DNA of 64,000 nt, taken from Methanotrichaceae archaeon. Lineage in GTDB: Archaea > Halobacteriota > Methanosarcinia > Methanotrichales > Methanotrichaceae. A program made the translations under genes and the position numbers. The stretch spans positions 160,001 to 224,000 of the forward strand of contig CAWDLW010000017.1 in assembly GCA_963803145.1 (NCBI GenBank), given 5' to 3'. The notes under the pieces were generated by a model. The model saw nothing but the letters and a program-made list of their open reading frames with translations, had not been told where the DNA came from and did no database searches. Positions 20,534-30,181 of this stretch are shown here, one piece after another. Every line of letters starts with the position of its first letter. Positions within the stretch are counted from its first letter, which is position 1.

Positions 20534-21394
20534 TCAGCCAGCCCTAACCACTAGAACCGGCCTGTCAGCCATCCTAGCCACATCATATGTTGTGCTCCCC
20601 ACAGTCAACTGCTCGAGCCATCCTTTTCCATGAGAGCTCATCGCGATCAAGGATACATCCTCTTTATTTGCAAGGTTGCTTATCTCCTGGGCTGGGTTAC
20701 CTATGCTGGCATAAACCTTTGCCTTCAGGCTGTCTCTCTCAAGCTCCTCCTTGATGGCATTTAGCTTTTCAATTGCGTCCTCTCTATGGGCGTCTATATC
20801 ATTCCAAGTCTCTCCCCGGAAAACCACATGCTGCAGCACTATTTCCCCAATACCCTCGATCCCCTTTACGAAGCCGAGCGTCTCTGCCGCAGGCTCTGAA
20901 AAATCAGTCGGACAGAGCACCTTAGAGAAGGGTTGAGAGCAAACCATGTCCAGAGTCGGTCCTTCGCGATCATCCAGCATCTTATAGCGCATGAGCAGGA
21001 GGTTTGTATTCCCATAGCGCAAGACATCTTTAGCGACATTTCCAAGGAGGATGCCTTCGACGAGCCCCTTCCCGCGTGCCCCCATTGCAATCAGGGAAAC
21101 TTTTTCTTCATCGGCAATCTTCTGTACCATGCGTGGGATCGCGCCCTCCATGATGGTCTCCGTTTTCGTCTTGACATTGAGATCGCTGCCCTCCAGGAAC
21201 TTCTTCTGCTCGGCCAGCTTGACTTTGGCCTCTTCGATCCGTCCACCTGGGTCCCATACCCTGGCGAGAGGGTCCGCCGGGCCGATGATGTGTAGGAGTA
21301 CAACATCTTTGACGCCAGGAAGCGCTTTTATACACTCAATAACCTTCTGCGAATGCTTTGAGAAGTCTGTAGGCACAAGAACCTTTTCAAACAT
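20534..21394 (-). CDS. Universal stress protein (tandem USP domains)
   Basis: MFEKVLVPTDFS...IAMGARGKG...LLGNVA, with a second domain FSKVLCPTDFS...MSSHGKG...GSTT. Confidence 0.92.
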   Translation of the reverse strand: MFEKVLVPTDFSKHSQKVIECIKALPGVKDVVLLHIIGPADPLARVWDPGGRIEEAKVKLAEQKKFLEGSDLNVKTKTETIMEGAIPRMVQKIADEEKVSLIAMGARGKGLVEGILLGNVAKDVLRYGNTNLLLMRYKMLDDREGPTLDMVCSQPFSKVLCPTDFSEPAAETLGFVKGIEGIGEIVLQHVVFRGETWNDIDAHREDAIEKLNAIKEELERDSLKAKVYASIGNPAQEISNLANKEDVSLIAMSSHGKGWLEQLTVGSTTYDVARMADRPVLVVRAG

Positions 21395-21470
21395 AAATAG
21401 CTCACCGATTGTAATCATAATTCATCACATTTCAATTTATCTACGATGATTAGAGTTGCAAAGGATACAC

Positions 21471-21584
21471 GAACATGCTCAATAACCGGAGGGGATTTGA
21501 GTTACTGATCAGGATGAATCGCTATCATGCTAAGTGGCATATCTTCCAAGAGCAGGATTTTACCACCACCTATTGAGCATGTTC
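21471..21584. mobile_element. Probable MITE (114 bp)
   Basis: 14-bp perfect terminal IR GAACATGCTCAATA/TATTGAGCATGTTC, flanked by an 8-bp near-duplication GGATACAC/GGATATAC. Confidence 0.6.
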
Positions 21585-21776
21585 GGATATACTTTAAATT
21601 CATTCTCTAATTTAGGAAGTTAAAGTGCGGAATGTGGGTTCAAACCGATTTATGGCGCAATCGTCTCAAAATCTAGCGTCAATTTTTTTAGCATATAATG
21701 AATATGATCCGTATTTTATAGGGCTCTTCGCGAGTTGGCCTCAAGGAATGTCGAATGCCAAATTTTAAAGTGTGAT

Positions 21777-23132
21777 CTAGAGGAACCCGACGGCGCCATG
21801 ATTATCACGCGTGAGGAATTTTATCAGATCGCCAGAAGTGATGAATCCCCAGAGCACTCCTTTATCCACAACTACGAGCTGGTTTGCGTTCGTCTTATTT
21901 AATATCTTTATCGCGTTAATTATAAACTCATCCGAGTTAATGGTCATGAAACCATAGGTTACGATATCCTCTACTTTCAAATCGGTTCTACCTTCTGCTA
22001 CCACTCTAGCTACATCTAACATGTTTATAAGACCAGGTGGTCTGGTTTCAACGATGGCCTCACGAACACCATTATTGATCAATATCTTGGATGCCTCCTG
22101 AAGAGAGGCATCGGCTCTGATGCGGACTGCACGCCGAGCAATCTTGCCAACTGAGATTCTGGGAATCGAGATAATCTCTTCCACATCTAGGATAAGTCTG
22201 TTTAGTATGTAGTCTTGTCCCATTAACTTGCCACGAATGTATAGGTTGTTAAAAGTAATGGGCCCAACCTCGATCTCATCCCCTATGTCGAAGTTTCTGA
22301 TATTGCCGATTATGCGAATAAGTCCATTGCGTTGCTGGTAGGGGCGCATGACATTATTAAAGATTATTTCGTTTGCATTTACGCCCTCAACTGCTACACC
22401 ATTTCTGATAACAGGTACGGCTATTTCGCTTCCGTCTCCGTTGTGGTCTAAGCCTAAGGTCTCGAATGCTGCATCCGTGGCCTTATAGCCACCCCTGGGA
22501 CCAGTGACGCTTTCTACTAGACATAAGACCTTCAGAGATTGCATTTGGTTCCTTATTGTTCCAGGGTGTCGGTTTATCAACTCTGCGATCTCCTTGCTCT
22601 TGGTAGCCAGGCTCCCTTGGCGGTGAAGGTTGATCAAAGTGGTTAATGTTTCCCTCTGACCTGGTGTTAATTCTATTTTGACCCCCAGACTAAGTAATCC
22701 GATAGCAGCTATGCCAATTATTGTATATGGGTAAGGAATCGCAAAGAAGTTCGTGGTAAATGGCGACCCCCCAAATCTCATAGATGTTATTGGGGAGATA
22801 GGCGAATCAACAATAGTCATTGCTCCCAAGGCTGTAGAGAGACCTCCCATCATCACAAATTTTGTCATTGCCCTGCGATCGAAGAAAATGAGGAGTGCGA
22901 TCGCACCGAGCATTAAGAACGAAAGTATCGGTGTGATTAAAATAGCTAATAGCCCTAGCATGACTACAGCCACGGTTAATACTACATTAGGCGGATTTTT
23001 TTGCAACACAGAGGCCAATTTGCTATCGAACCATAACTCTCTGCGACGGACTAATGCTTTTAATAAAGGCATAGCTAGTGCTATAGCTACCACAGCATTC
23101 GAATACAACTTTGATAGATATTGCCGTAGCAT
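21777..23132 (-). CDS. Membrane-anchored HTH-CBS transcriptional regulator (COG2524-like) with a DUF1646-derived N-terminal domain
   Basis: ELTPGQRETLTTLINL...IAELINRHPGTIRNQMQSLKVLCLVESVTGPRGGY winged HTH and a C-terminal CBS pair. The N-terminal 150 aa are hydrophobic and align with 17860-18627. Confidence 0.85.
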   Translation of the reverse strand: MLRQYLSKLYSNAVVAIALAMPLLKALVRRRELWFDSKLASVLQKNPPNVVLTVAVVMLGLLAILITPILSFLMLGAIALLIFFDRRAMTKFVMMGGLSTALGAMTIVDSPISPITSMRFGGSPFTTNFFAIPYPYTIIGIAAIGLLSLGVKIELTPGQRETLTTLINLHRQGSLATKSKEIAELINRHPGTIRNQMQSLKVLCLVESVTGPRGGYKATDAAFETLGLDHNGDGSEIAVPVIRNGVAVEGVNANEIIFNNVMRPYQQRNGLIRIIGNIRNFDIGDEIEVGPITFNNLYIRGKLMGQDYILNRLILDVEEIISIPRISVGKIARRAVRIRADASLQEASKILINNGVREAIVETRPPGLINMLDVARVVAEGRTDLKVEDIVTYGFMTINSDEFIINAIKILNKTNANQLVVVDKGVLWGFITSGDLIKFLTRDNHGAVGFL

Positions 23133-23393
23133 GAATAATCTCCCTTAGAAAGACAACTTCTGCTTATGATTTCTCAGGTTGTTTGCCCCATAATATTCGA
23201 CATGGTTCGTAACCGGATTCTTAATATATCTGATATAGGAACAAATAGGTGTATTTACAATATTTAATGATTTTGGTTAATGAGGATATTTTGTATAACT
23301 CTGAACCCTGGGGGAAGCAAGAATATATGATGCAGGAATAGCGTAATAATAGAAGTCAACGGCAAATTAGGTCTTAAGAAACATGGAAAAGAG

Positions 23394-23579
23394 CTAACTT
23401 ACCTTCTCGATGAACCGATGCTTTGTCTTCCTTCCATAGACAACTATTTCTTCCTCTTCGCCCAGGTCCAACTGGTTATGTCCTTTTATCAGCGAATAAT
23501 ATGTTACCACGATGGTCAACAGGGCTATCCCTATAGCCACCAGCACATTTAATAAAGTAGGTATATAGATGGGTGCCAT
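23394..23579 (-). CDS. Small single-TM protein
   Basis: GTGA SD, TATA-like element upstream, one TM helix followed by an acidic/basic tail. Confidence 0.5.
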   Translation of the reverse strand: MAPIYIPTLLNVLVAIGIALLTIVVTYYSLIKGHNQLDLGEEEEIVVYGRKTKHRFIEKVS

Positions 23580-23780
23580 TTTATATCACTATGTTATAGA
23601 TTACATGGCGGATAATGTAAATAGTTTTGGATACCTGTAACTTTTTTCTTGCATTGCAGTGTTGGATAAGTCCACAAAATCAGCAAGCTTAAGGCCGTTT
23701 ATGTTAGTATTGGATACCACCCACAATTGATATCACGAGGCGAAATTTCGAACAGTTATCCAACACAGCAGGATGACCTT

Positions 23781-24391
23781 ACCATAAAGAATTTCCCCTA
23801 ACGATCGACAATACTATTTGTATGCCGGATATCGCAGTCATAAGCGATCGCAATTTCCTGTTTGAAAAGCTCTTCCAGGATCTGGGAGTAAGCTACCAGT
23901 TCCTTCAGCCTAGCATCCTCGGAAGCCCCTTTTTGCCTCAGTACAAGATGGTTCTGATACCGACGGGCTTTGCCCATCCACAGTACTCCAAGGCGCTCCC
24001 TGCTCTGCAGAGGACCAGGTCAAATATCTCTGAGTTTGTGCGAAAAGGCGGAGTTCTAACAGTCTTCGGGCCGATGGTGGAACATAATTATGAGTGGCTG
24101 CCGCTTAAGCTGAAGTATGTCTGCGAGTACGGCTCACATACTGTAGAGCCATCGGATGATGAGTGCTCCTGCCTGCTTTGCACCTTAACGCCGGAGTGCG
24201 ACGGCTACCTTGTTCCTGGCGAGGGTTTCGACACCGTTCTAAAGAATTCAAAGGATAGAGCCATTATTGTTGCAGGGAAGTACGGCGAGGGCATGATCGT
24301 AGCCACATCGGTTCATGAGTTTCCGGCCGGAGACTACATAAAATGGGCGCTTGGAAAGGCTAAGCCAGCCAGGATCTGAAATGGCTGAGGA
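23781..24391 (+). repeat. Direct repeat copy 2 (611 bp), homologous to 763-1373
   Basis: Same start and end sequences as copy 1. Confidence 0.95.
23822..24379 (+). CDS. Conserved hypothetical protein, copy 2
   Basis: 175/185 aa identical to 804-1361. Confidence 0.75.
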   Translation: MPDIAVISDRNFLFEKLFQDLGVSYQFLQPSILGSPFLPQYKMVLIPTGFAHPQYSKALPALQRTRSNISEFVRKGGVLTVFGPMVEHNYEWLPLKLKYVCEYGSHTVEPSDDECSCLLCTLTPECDGYLVPGEGFDTVLKNSKDRAIIVAGKYGEGMIVATSVHEFPAGDYIKWALGKAKPARI

Positions 24392-24608
24392 TGCCATCGT
24401 AAAGCGGAGCAAGAACCGGCAGGAGATCGAGGACCTTCTGAAACAGAAGGGATATGTGATTGAGAAGATCTCCGTCCTGAACATGGACTCGGGCGAGATC
24501 CATTATTTTGAGAGCTATCCTGATGCTATTGAGTTCCTGAAGGGCAGGAAGGGAAGGTGGTATATCACCACGCCGGGCATCAGGCGATCAAATATCGAGA
24601 AACGTTAA
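24381..24608 (+). CDS. Small hypothetical protein
   Basis: ATG 1 nt after the upstream stop (MAEDAIVKRS...). Only its first 11 nt are present after repeat copy 1. Confidence 0.65.
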   Translation: MAEDAIVKRSKNRQEIEDLLKQKGYVIEKISVLNMDSGEIHYFESYPDAIEFLKGRKGRWYITTPGIRRSNIEKR

Positions 24609-24730
24609 TCAATGCACCAATATATACAATCAACGATTATAATGCAGATTGATATTATGATCATAATATTAGTATGGCAGCTATTTTGGTTCCTAAAAAA
24701 GAGAATGAAAAGCGGTGCTTTCGCACCACT

Positions 24731-25849
24731 TTAGGCTATTCCCAGTCTCGGGGTAAAGTGCAGAATGTATATCAGCACGAAGAAGAATGCGCCCAGAACA
24801 ATACCGAATGGAACTCCGAGCTTGGCGTATTCGCTGCTGGTGATGCCCAGCTTTCCTGCGGATATGATGTTGGGGATGTTTCCGGGGATCAGCATTCCGC
24901 CGAAGATGAGAAGACCCATCAATGCGGCATTGATTTGATCCTGAGCCATGGCTGGAGATAGCTCGGCTGAGGTCAGGGTTGCGTTATCCAGGATGGCCGA
25001 GAGCATGTTCACCCAGTACAGAACCATGGACGGTATGTGGGTGAAGTACTTATCGATGAGAACGTTCATTCCGTCGCCGAGCAGGAACAGGGCTGCTACG
25101 AATACGTAAACCTTGACAGCTCTGACGATGACCTCTCTGAGGCCTCCCTCATCGGTAATCTCCTTGACCTCTGCCTTGCCGGCCTTGCCAACGTAGAATG
25201 CTGCGAAGGCGGAGACTATGGCACAGCCCAATATGATCAGTACGCCTAGCTGGTCGAATAGGTACCAGAAGGTTGCATAATATGGTGCACCCTGCAGCTT
25301 CGTAATGGCGATTGTTGACAGAGGCTCACCCAGGGGAGTGAGAACTGCTCCAAGACCGATGGAGAAACAGGCGAGGATGACCAGATTGATCTTGTTAATG
25401 CGCTCCATTGGCAGCAGGTTAACAATCTCTACAAGGAACAGCGATGTGATGATGGCTGTGATAACGCTTGAGATCATTCCACAGATAAAGACAATCAAGA
25501 AGACCAGCGCAGGCATTGGAACCGATTTTACCAGGCCGTTCATGACGCCCTTAAAGGCGCCCTTTCCATAGAAGAATATGAGGCCTGCAATGAGCACTGC
25601 TGGGACTATGCCTTTTAATATTGGCTCTGATGCAGCCAGTACGATCAGGTCCATACGCCAGCCGTGAACTCCGGAATTCGTGACGACGCCCGTGGTTACG
25701 GTGACGGCTAATGCGCCCATAACAAACAGGAATGCCTCAAGGTTCTTTTCAGCTAACTTCACCTTGAAAGGTGCAGCCAATACTATCAAGAATATAGCAA
25801 ATAAACCTATATCAACTGCGGTTACTACTTGGCCCGCAATCTCTACCAT
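24731..25849 (-). CDS. DUF1646 family putative cation transporter
   Basis: EKNLEAFLFVMG, LTPLGEPLSTIAI, LDNATL and GGMLIPGNIPNIISAGKL motifs; GAGGTGA SD. Confidence 0.92.
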   Translation of the reverse strand: MVEIAGQVVTAVDIGLFAIFLIVLAAPFKVKLAEKNLEAFLFVMGALAVTVTTGVVTNSGVHGWRMDLIVLAASEPILKGIVPAVLIAGLIFFYGKGAFKGVMNGLVKSVPMPALVFLIVFICGMISSVITAIITSLFLVEIVNLLPMERINKINLVILACFSIGLGAVLTPLGEPLSTIAITKLQGAPYYATFWYLFDQLGVLIILGCAIVSAFAAFYVGKAGKAEVKEITDEGGLREVIVRAVKVYVFVAALFLLGDGMNVLIDKYFTHIPSMVLYWVNMLSAILDNATLTSAELSPAMAQDQINAALMGLLIFGGMLIPGNIPNIISAGKLGITSSEYAKLGVPFGIVLGAFFFVLIYILHFTPRLGIA

Positions 25850-26000
25850 GATATCACCTCTTTTCTTATCCCTCCAACATTCGCCTATTTTACCTTTTTG
25901 GCATAAAGAGTAAAAGGTTAAATAGTAATAAAGGAAAAAGAGGAAAATGTAAAATTAGTATACGTTCAACCACTCGAATAAATGGAGGTTAAAGAAAGAA

Positions 26001-26145
26001 GGTAGTCTACCTGTGCTGGGTTGATGAATATAGAGATTATAGCAGAAGACCACCTGCCTGACATCCTGACATCGACCTGGAGAAATCCAATCGAGATTCG
26101 AGGGAGACCACCTGGGATAGACTAACTTGATTTTGTTAGACTACC
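26001..26145. mobile_element. MITE (145 bp), IS1-family-like ends
   Basis: Terminal IR GGTAGTCTA/TAGACTACC with a perfect 9-bp flanking direct repeat AAGAAAGAA (25992-26000, 26146-26154). Confidence 0.75.
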
Positions 26146-26220
26146 AAGAAAGAACAACAAAGAAAAAGAAAGTTCTTAAAATCTGAAAAATAGAATGAAA
26201 AGCGATGCTTTTGCACCGCT

Positions 26221-27339
26221 TTAGGCTATTCCCAGTTTCGGGGTAAAGTGCAGGATGTAGATCAGCACGAAGTAGAATGCGCCCAAGACGAGACCGAATG
26301 GGACTCCAAGCTTGGCGTACTCGCTGCTTGTGATGCCTAATTTTCCTGCGGATATGATGTTCGGGATGTTGCCGGGGATCAGCATTCCGCCGAAGATGAG
26401 CAGACCCATCAATGCAGCATTGATCTGATCCTGGCCCATGGCTGGAGATAGCTCTGCTGCAGTCAGGGTGGCGTTATCCAGAATTGCCGAGACCATGTTC
26501 ACCCAGTACAGAACCATTGAGGGGATATGGGTGAAGTACTTGTCGATGAGAACGTTCATTCCGTCGCCGAGCAGGAACAGGGCTGCTACGAATACGTAAA
26601 CCTTGACAGCTCTGACGACGACCTCTCTGAGGCCTCCCTCATCGGTAATCTCCTTGACCTCTGCTTTGCCGGCCTTGCCGACATAGAATGCAGCGAAGGC
26701 GGCGACTATGGCACAGCCTAGGACGATCAGTACGCCTAGCTGGTCGAAGAGGTACCAGAAGGTTGCATAATATGGCGCACCCTGCAGCTTCGTAATGGCG
26801 ATTGTTGACAGAGGCTCACCCAGGGGAGTGAGAACTGCTCCAAGGCCGATTGAGAAACAAGCGAGAATGACCAGGTTGATCTTATTCATGCGCTCCATCG
26901 GCATCAGGTTGACGATCTCAACAAGGAACAGCGATGTGATGATGGCTGTGATAACGCTTGAGATCATTCCACAGATAAAGACAATTCCAAAGACCAGCGC
27001 AGGCATTGGAACCGATTTTACCAGGCCGTTCATGACGCCCTTAAAGGCGCCCTTTCCATAGAAGAATATGAGGCCTGCAATGAGCACTGCTGGAACTATG
27101 CCTTTTAATATTGGCTCTGATGCAGCCAGTACGATTAGGTCCATACGCCAGCCGTGAATCCCAGAGCTCGAGACAATACCGGTGGTTATAGTGACGGCTA
27201 CTGCGCCCATAACGAACAGAAATGCCTCAAGGTTCTTCTCAACTATCTTCACCTTGAAAGGTGCTGCACATATTATAACGAATATCAATGCTAAACCAAT
27301 ATCTACTGCGGTAACTACTTGGCCCGCAATTTCTACCAT
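26221..27339 (-). CDS. DUF1646 family putative cation transporter (tandem paralog)
   Basis: Same length (372 aa) and nearly the same sequence as 24731-25849, including ~30 nt of shared 3' flank. Confidence 0.92.
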   Translation of the reverse strand: MVEIAGQVVTAVDIGLALIFVIICAAPFKVKIVEKNLEAFLFVMGAVAVTITTGIVSSSGIHGWRMDLIVLAASEPILKGIVPAVLIAGLIFFYGKGAFKGVMNGLVKSVPMPALVFGIVFICGMISSVITAIITSLFLVEIVNLMPMERMNKINLVILACFSIGLGAVLTPLGEPLSTIAITKLQGAPYYATFWYLFDQLGVLIVLGCAIVAAFAAFYVGKAGKAEVKEITDEGGLREVVVRAVKVYVFVAALFLLGDGMNVLIDKYFTHIPSMVLYWVNMVSAILDNATLTAAELSPAMGQDQINAALMGLLIFGGMLIPGNIPNIISAGKLGITSSEYAKLGVPFGLVLGAFYFVLIYILHFTPKLGIA

Positions 27340-27669
27340 AAGACCACCTCTTTTCTTAGTCCTACATCCTTCAGCTCTCCCCTCCGGAGAGTTTGTAGAC
27401 GGATAATTCTTCCTTTATTAAATGCTTTTGGTTTCTGTTTAAAACGCTAGGAGAGAATTAATAGTAGCACAAACAGCCAAAACAATATGTTCTCTAAGCA
27501 GGAGGGGTAACAAATGGCTTAAATGGAAAACTGACAAAGATTTAAAGGTATAATTCTAAACGGTATGTAATATTGTCGTAAAAAATTGAAATTACGTTGC
27601 TATTAAACTTATATCAATCTAATAACAGTAATCTGTCTTTAAATTCAAAATAAAATGAGAAAAAGCGTC

Positions 27670-28551
27670 CTAACGCGAAATAGCCCCGCCTGGACGGAGG
27701 ATCAGAACCGGCCTGTTCGATGAGTTTGCCACATCATAAGCAGTGCTTCCTATCCTGCCGGTTTTTAGAGATGCCGCGCCCTGGGCGCTCATAGCTATAA
27801 GAGATACATCCAGCTCATCGGCCGCACGGCGTATCTCCTCTATGGCGTTGCCTACGACAACCTTGGGCGTCACAGTCATATTGCCCTGCTTCCAGGCTGA
27901 TGCGATCTCGTTCAGCTTTTCTGTTGTACTTGTTGTCGTCGTATCTATCTCGCCCTTTGTCTCTCCTCGGGATACAACATAAAGCAAGATTATCTCACCA
28001 ATTCCGGGAATGCTCTTGATGAGAGAGGTTGCGGCTTCAGAGGGCTCAGAGAGGTCTGTAGGAACAAGAACCTTTGAGAATATACGTGCACAGTACTTCT
28101 CCAGAGATCCCTTCTCCATATCGCCCAATAGTTTGTATCGCATTATCAGGAGATTCCGATCACCGAGCTGAAGAACACCCCTTGATGAACTTCCAAGAAT
28201 ATCACTGCCAATGAGGCTCCTTCCACGAGCGCCCATTATAACAAGATCCACGTTCTCCTCGTCGGCTATCTTGTTGATCGCACTCCCCACTACATCGCCA
28301 GCGCCGCCAACGGCGAACGTAGATCGTGTTTTAATGGCGACATTCGGAAGCTTGATACGCTTTGCCTCTTCTGCAAGCTTTCTCTCATCATCCCTTACCT
28401 CAGCCACAGGGTCCCAAAACCTCATTATAGGACCTCTAGCTACGACGTGCAACAACATAATTTCTTTCAATCCAGGGATCTCGCCGACACAATCCAAGAC
28501 TTTTTGAGAATATCTTGAGAAGTCGACAGGGACTAAAACCTTTTCAAACAT
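27670..28551 (-). CDS. Universal stress protein (tandem USP domains)
   Basis: MFEKVLVPVDFS, MGARGRS...LGSSS, and a second USP domain. Confidence 0.92.
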   Translation of the reverse strand: MFEKVLVPVDFSRYSQKVLDCVGEIPGLKEIMLLHVVARGPIMRFWDPVAEVRDDERKLAEEAKRIKLPNVAIKTRSTFAVGGAGDVVGSAINKIADEENVDLVIMGARGRSLIGSDILGSSSRGVLQLGDRNLLIMRYKLLGDMEKGSLEKYCARIFSKVLVPTDLSEPSEAATSLIKSIPGIGEIILLYVVSRGETKGEIDTTTTSTTEKLNEIASAWKQGNMTVTPKVVVGNAIEEIRRAADELDVSLIAMSAQGAASLKTGRIGSTAYDVANSSNRPVLILRPGGAISR

Positions 28552-29257
28552 TCTACAGTCACCTAGTTATCATCAATTTCGAATTCTTAATATTTCAATT
28601 TAACTATGGAAGTTGTGAAACATATAACAAAAATAGAAGGTATTAATAATTATATATAAATTTTAGCTTTTCTGCACGTCGCTTTCGGTTATACATCTAC
28701 CTAAAGCCCTCAAGCCGGAAGGTCTCTGCGCGAAAATTCTTATCACAATACAAGCCAATCCCAACTACGAACGCGCTAAATGCCAATCTCCTTAGCAAAG
28801 CCGCGATCGAACTGTGAAGATTAGAAAAACACGGCTATATGAACTTTCAGTTGGCTGGCGGTTCAGGAATAAGCCCGGGTCTCCAAGTATAATGCCTGGA
28901 TAATAAGCGAAGGGGGAAATGATCACGATGAAGAGGAGGATAACTGCTTTATTCAATAGTCAATTATCGCTTCGGGATCAACCTATACTAATTAAGGTAA
29001 ATAGTTTTTCTTGCATATAGGTCGCTTGAAGGATGATGGATGACCCAACAGAATTACAGGATATTAGGCAAGATATACCCTTGTCTTATATCGCGCACCA
29101 TAGCCTTAATGCCAAGCAGTCTGGAACTAATCCTGACAATGTGCGCAGATGTGTCTAGGCGTTGATAGTTTTGTTCGGAAGCTTTATGTAACTATAAAAA
29201 TTTGTATTAAGTCAATCTCCCGAGAGAAGGAAGTCCCGAGAGAAAGAGGTGAAAAAA

Positions 29258-30163
29258 ATGGACGCATTTGGCATGGGGCTCGTTGCCGGCATTGGTGCCC
29301 TTGCGTTTATTTCGGGTGCTTCCGAGGACATCGATTCTGATATAGGCTCTCAAAGCAATCCGAACTCGCAGGTGCAGCTGGCAGCTCAGGTTGGAAATCC
29401 CCACAGGATTTACAACAAGGCTATTGCAGGCGAGCCGCCATCGAACGCACTATGGTGCGCATGCGCAGGAATAGTAGCATACGTGCTCATCGAGGGTTAC
29501 CATATGCCTGCACTCTTCGCAATTGCTGCGGGTGCATCATTTGCAGCCCTAGTTGACGGTGTTATGGCTACGAGCGCATACTTTGGCAGAAGCGCCAGCC
29601 AGTCCAGGTTCAACCAATGGATCTACCTGGATATTGTAAGGTATACGACTACATCCATCATGGCGCACGTATGGGTCACATCATTCTGTCTTGTAACTGT
29701 CGCATATATTCAGGCCTACGTGCTGGCACCTCATCACCCATTCCCGCTACCGGTCATTGCCCTGATCTGGGGAATAACAGTCGGAGCAATTGGATCGTCC
29801 GTGGGTGATATCCACTACGGCGGCGAGCGTGAGTTCCAGTGGAGGCTATTCGGTCAGGGCCTCAACACCATGCTTTCAGGACAGATCGTCAGGAAGGCTG
29901 AAGCAGGACTGCGAAATACCATTGATAATGCCTGGTTCTGCGCCAAGTTCGGCGGACCGTGCACAGGCCTTGGTATGGGATTGACTGTATTCCTGGATAA
30001 CTGGAGAACAACCGTCTTTGACCCAGTCACACAGGCTCCTTATGCAATCGCTATGGGTGTATTCTTTGTAATTATGATGAACGTGTATAACTTCTATCTT
30101 GAACTCTCTGCACGGAAAAAGTATGGGCCGTATCCAGGCTATAAGGGGGATATAGCTGCATGA
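29258..30163 (+). CDS. mtrE: Tetrahydromethanopterin S-methyltransferase subunit E (stand-alone copy)
   Basis: EDIDSDIGSQSNPNSQVQLA, HRIYNKAIAGEP, GDIHYGGERE and WFCAKFGGP motifs; GAGGTGA SD before ATG 29258. Confidence 0.93.
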   Translation: MDAFGMGLVAGIGALAFISGASEDIDSDIGSQSNPNSQVQLAAQVGNPHRIYNKAIAGEPPSNALWCACAGIVAYVLIEGYHMPALFAIAAGASFAALVDGVMATSAYFGRSASQSRFNQWIYLDIVRYTTTSIMAHVWVTSFCLVTVAYIQAYVLAPHHPFPLPVIALIWGITVGAIGSSVGDIHYGGEREFQWRLFGQGLNTMLSGQIVRKAEAGLRNTIDNAWFCAKFGGPCTGLGMGLTVFLDNWRTTVFDPVTQAPYAIAMGVFFVIMMNVYNFYLELSARKKYGPYPGYKGDIAA

Positions 30164-30181
30164 AAGCACGAGGTTCATAGG

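Noticed and set aside
27340-27420. Na+ (DUF1646-motif) riboswitch in the DUF1646 leader
   Set aside because: The leader can fold (CTCTCC/GGAGAG inside TCTACA/TGTAGG) but is not shared with the other paralogs, and I cannot match it to the Rfam consensus by eye. An Infernal search would decide.
15849-27432. Recurring TATT(T/A)AATG(A/C)TTTTGG motif as a novel operator
   Set aside because: Read on the minus strand it is an ordinary BRE-TATA promoter (CCAAAAnCATTTAATA) at the expected distance from each gene.
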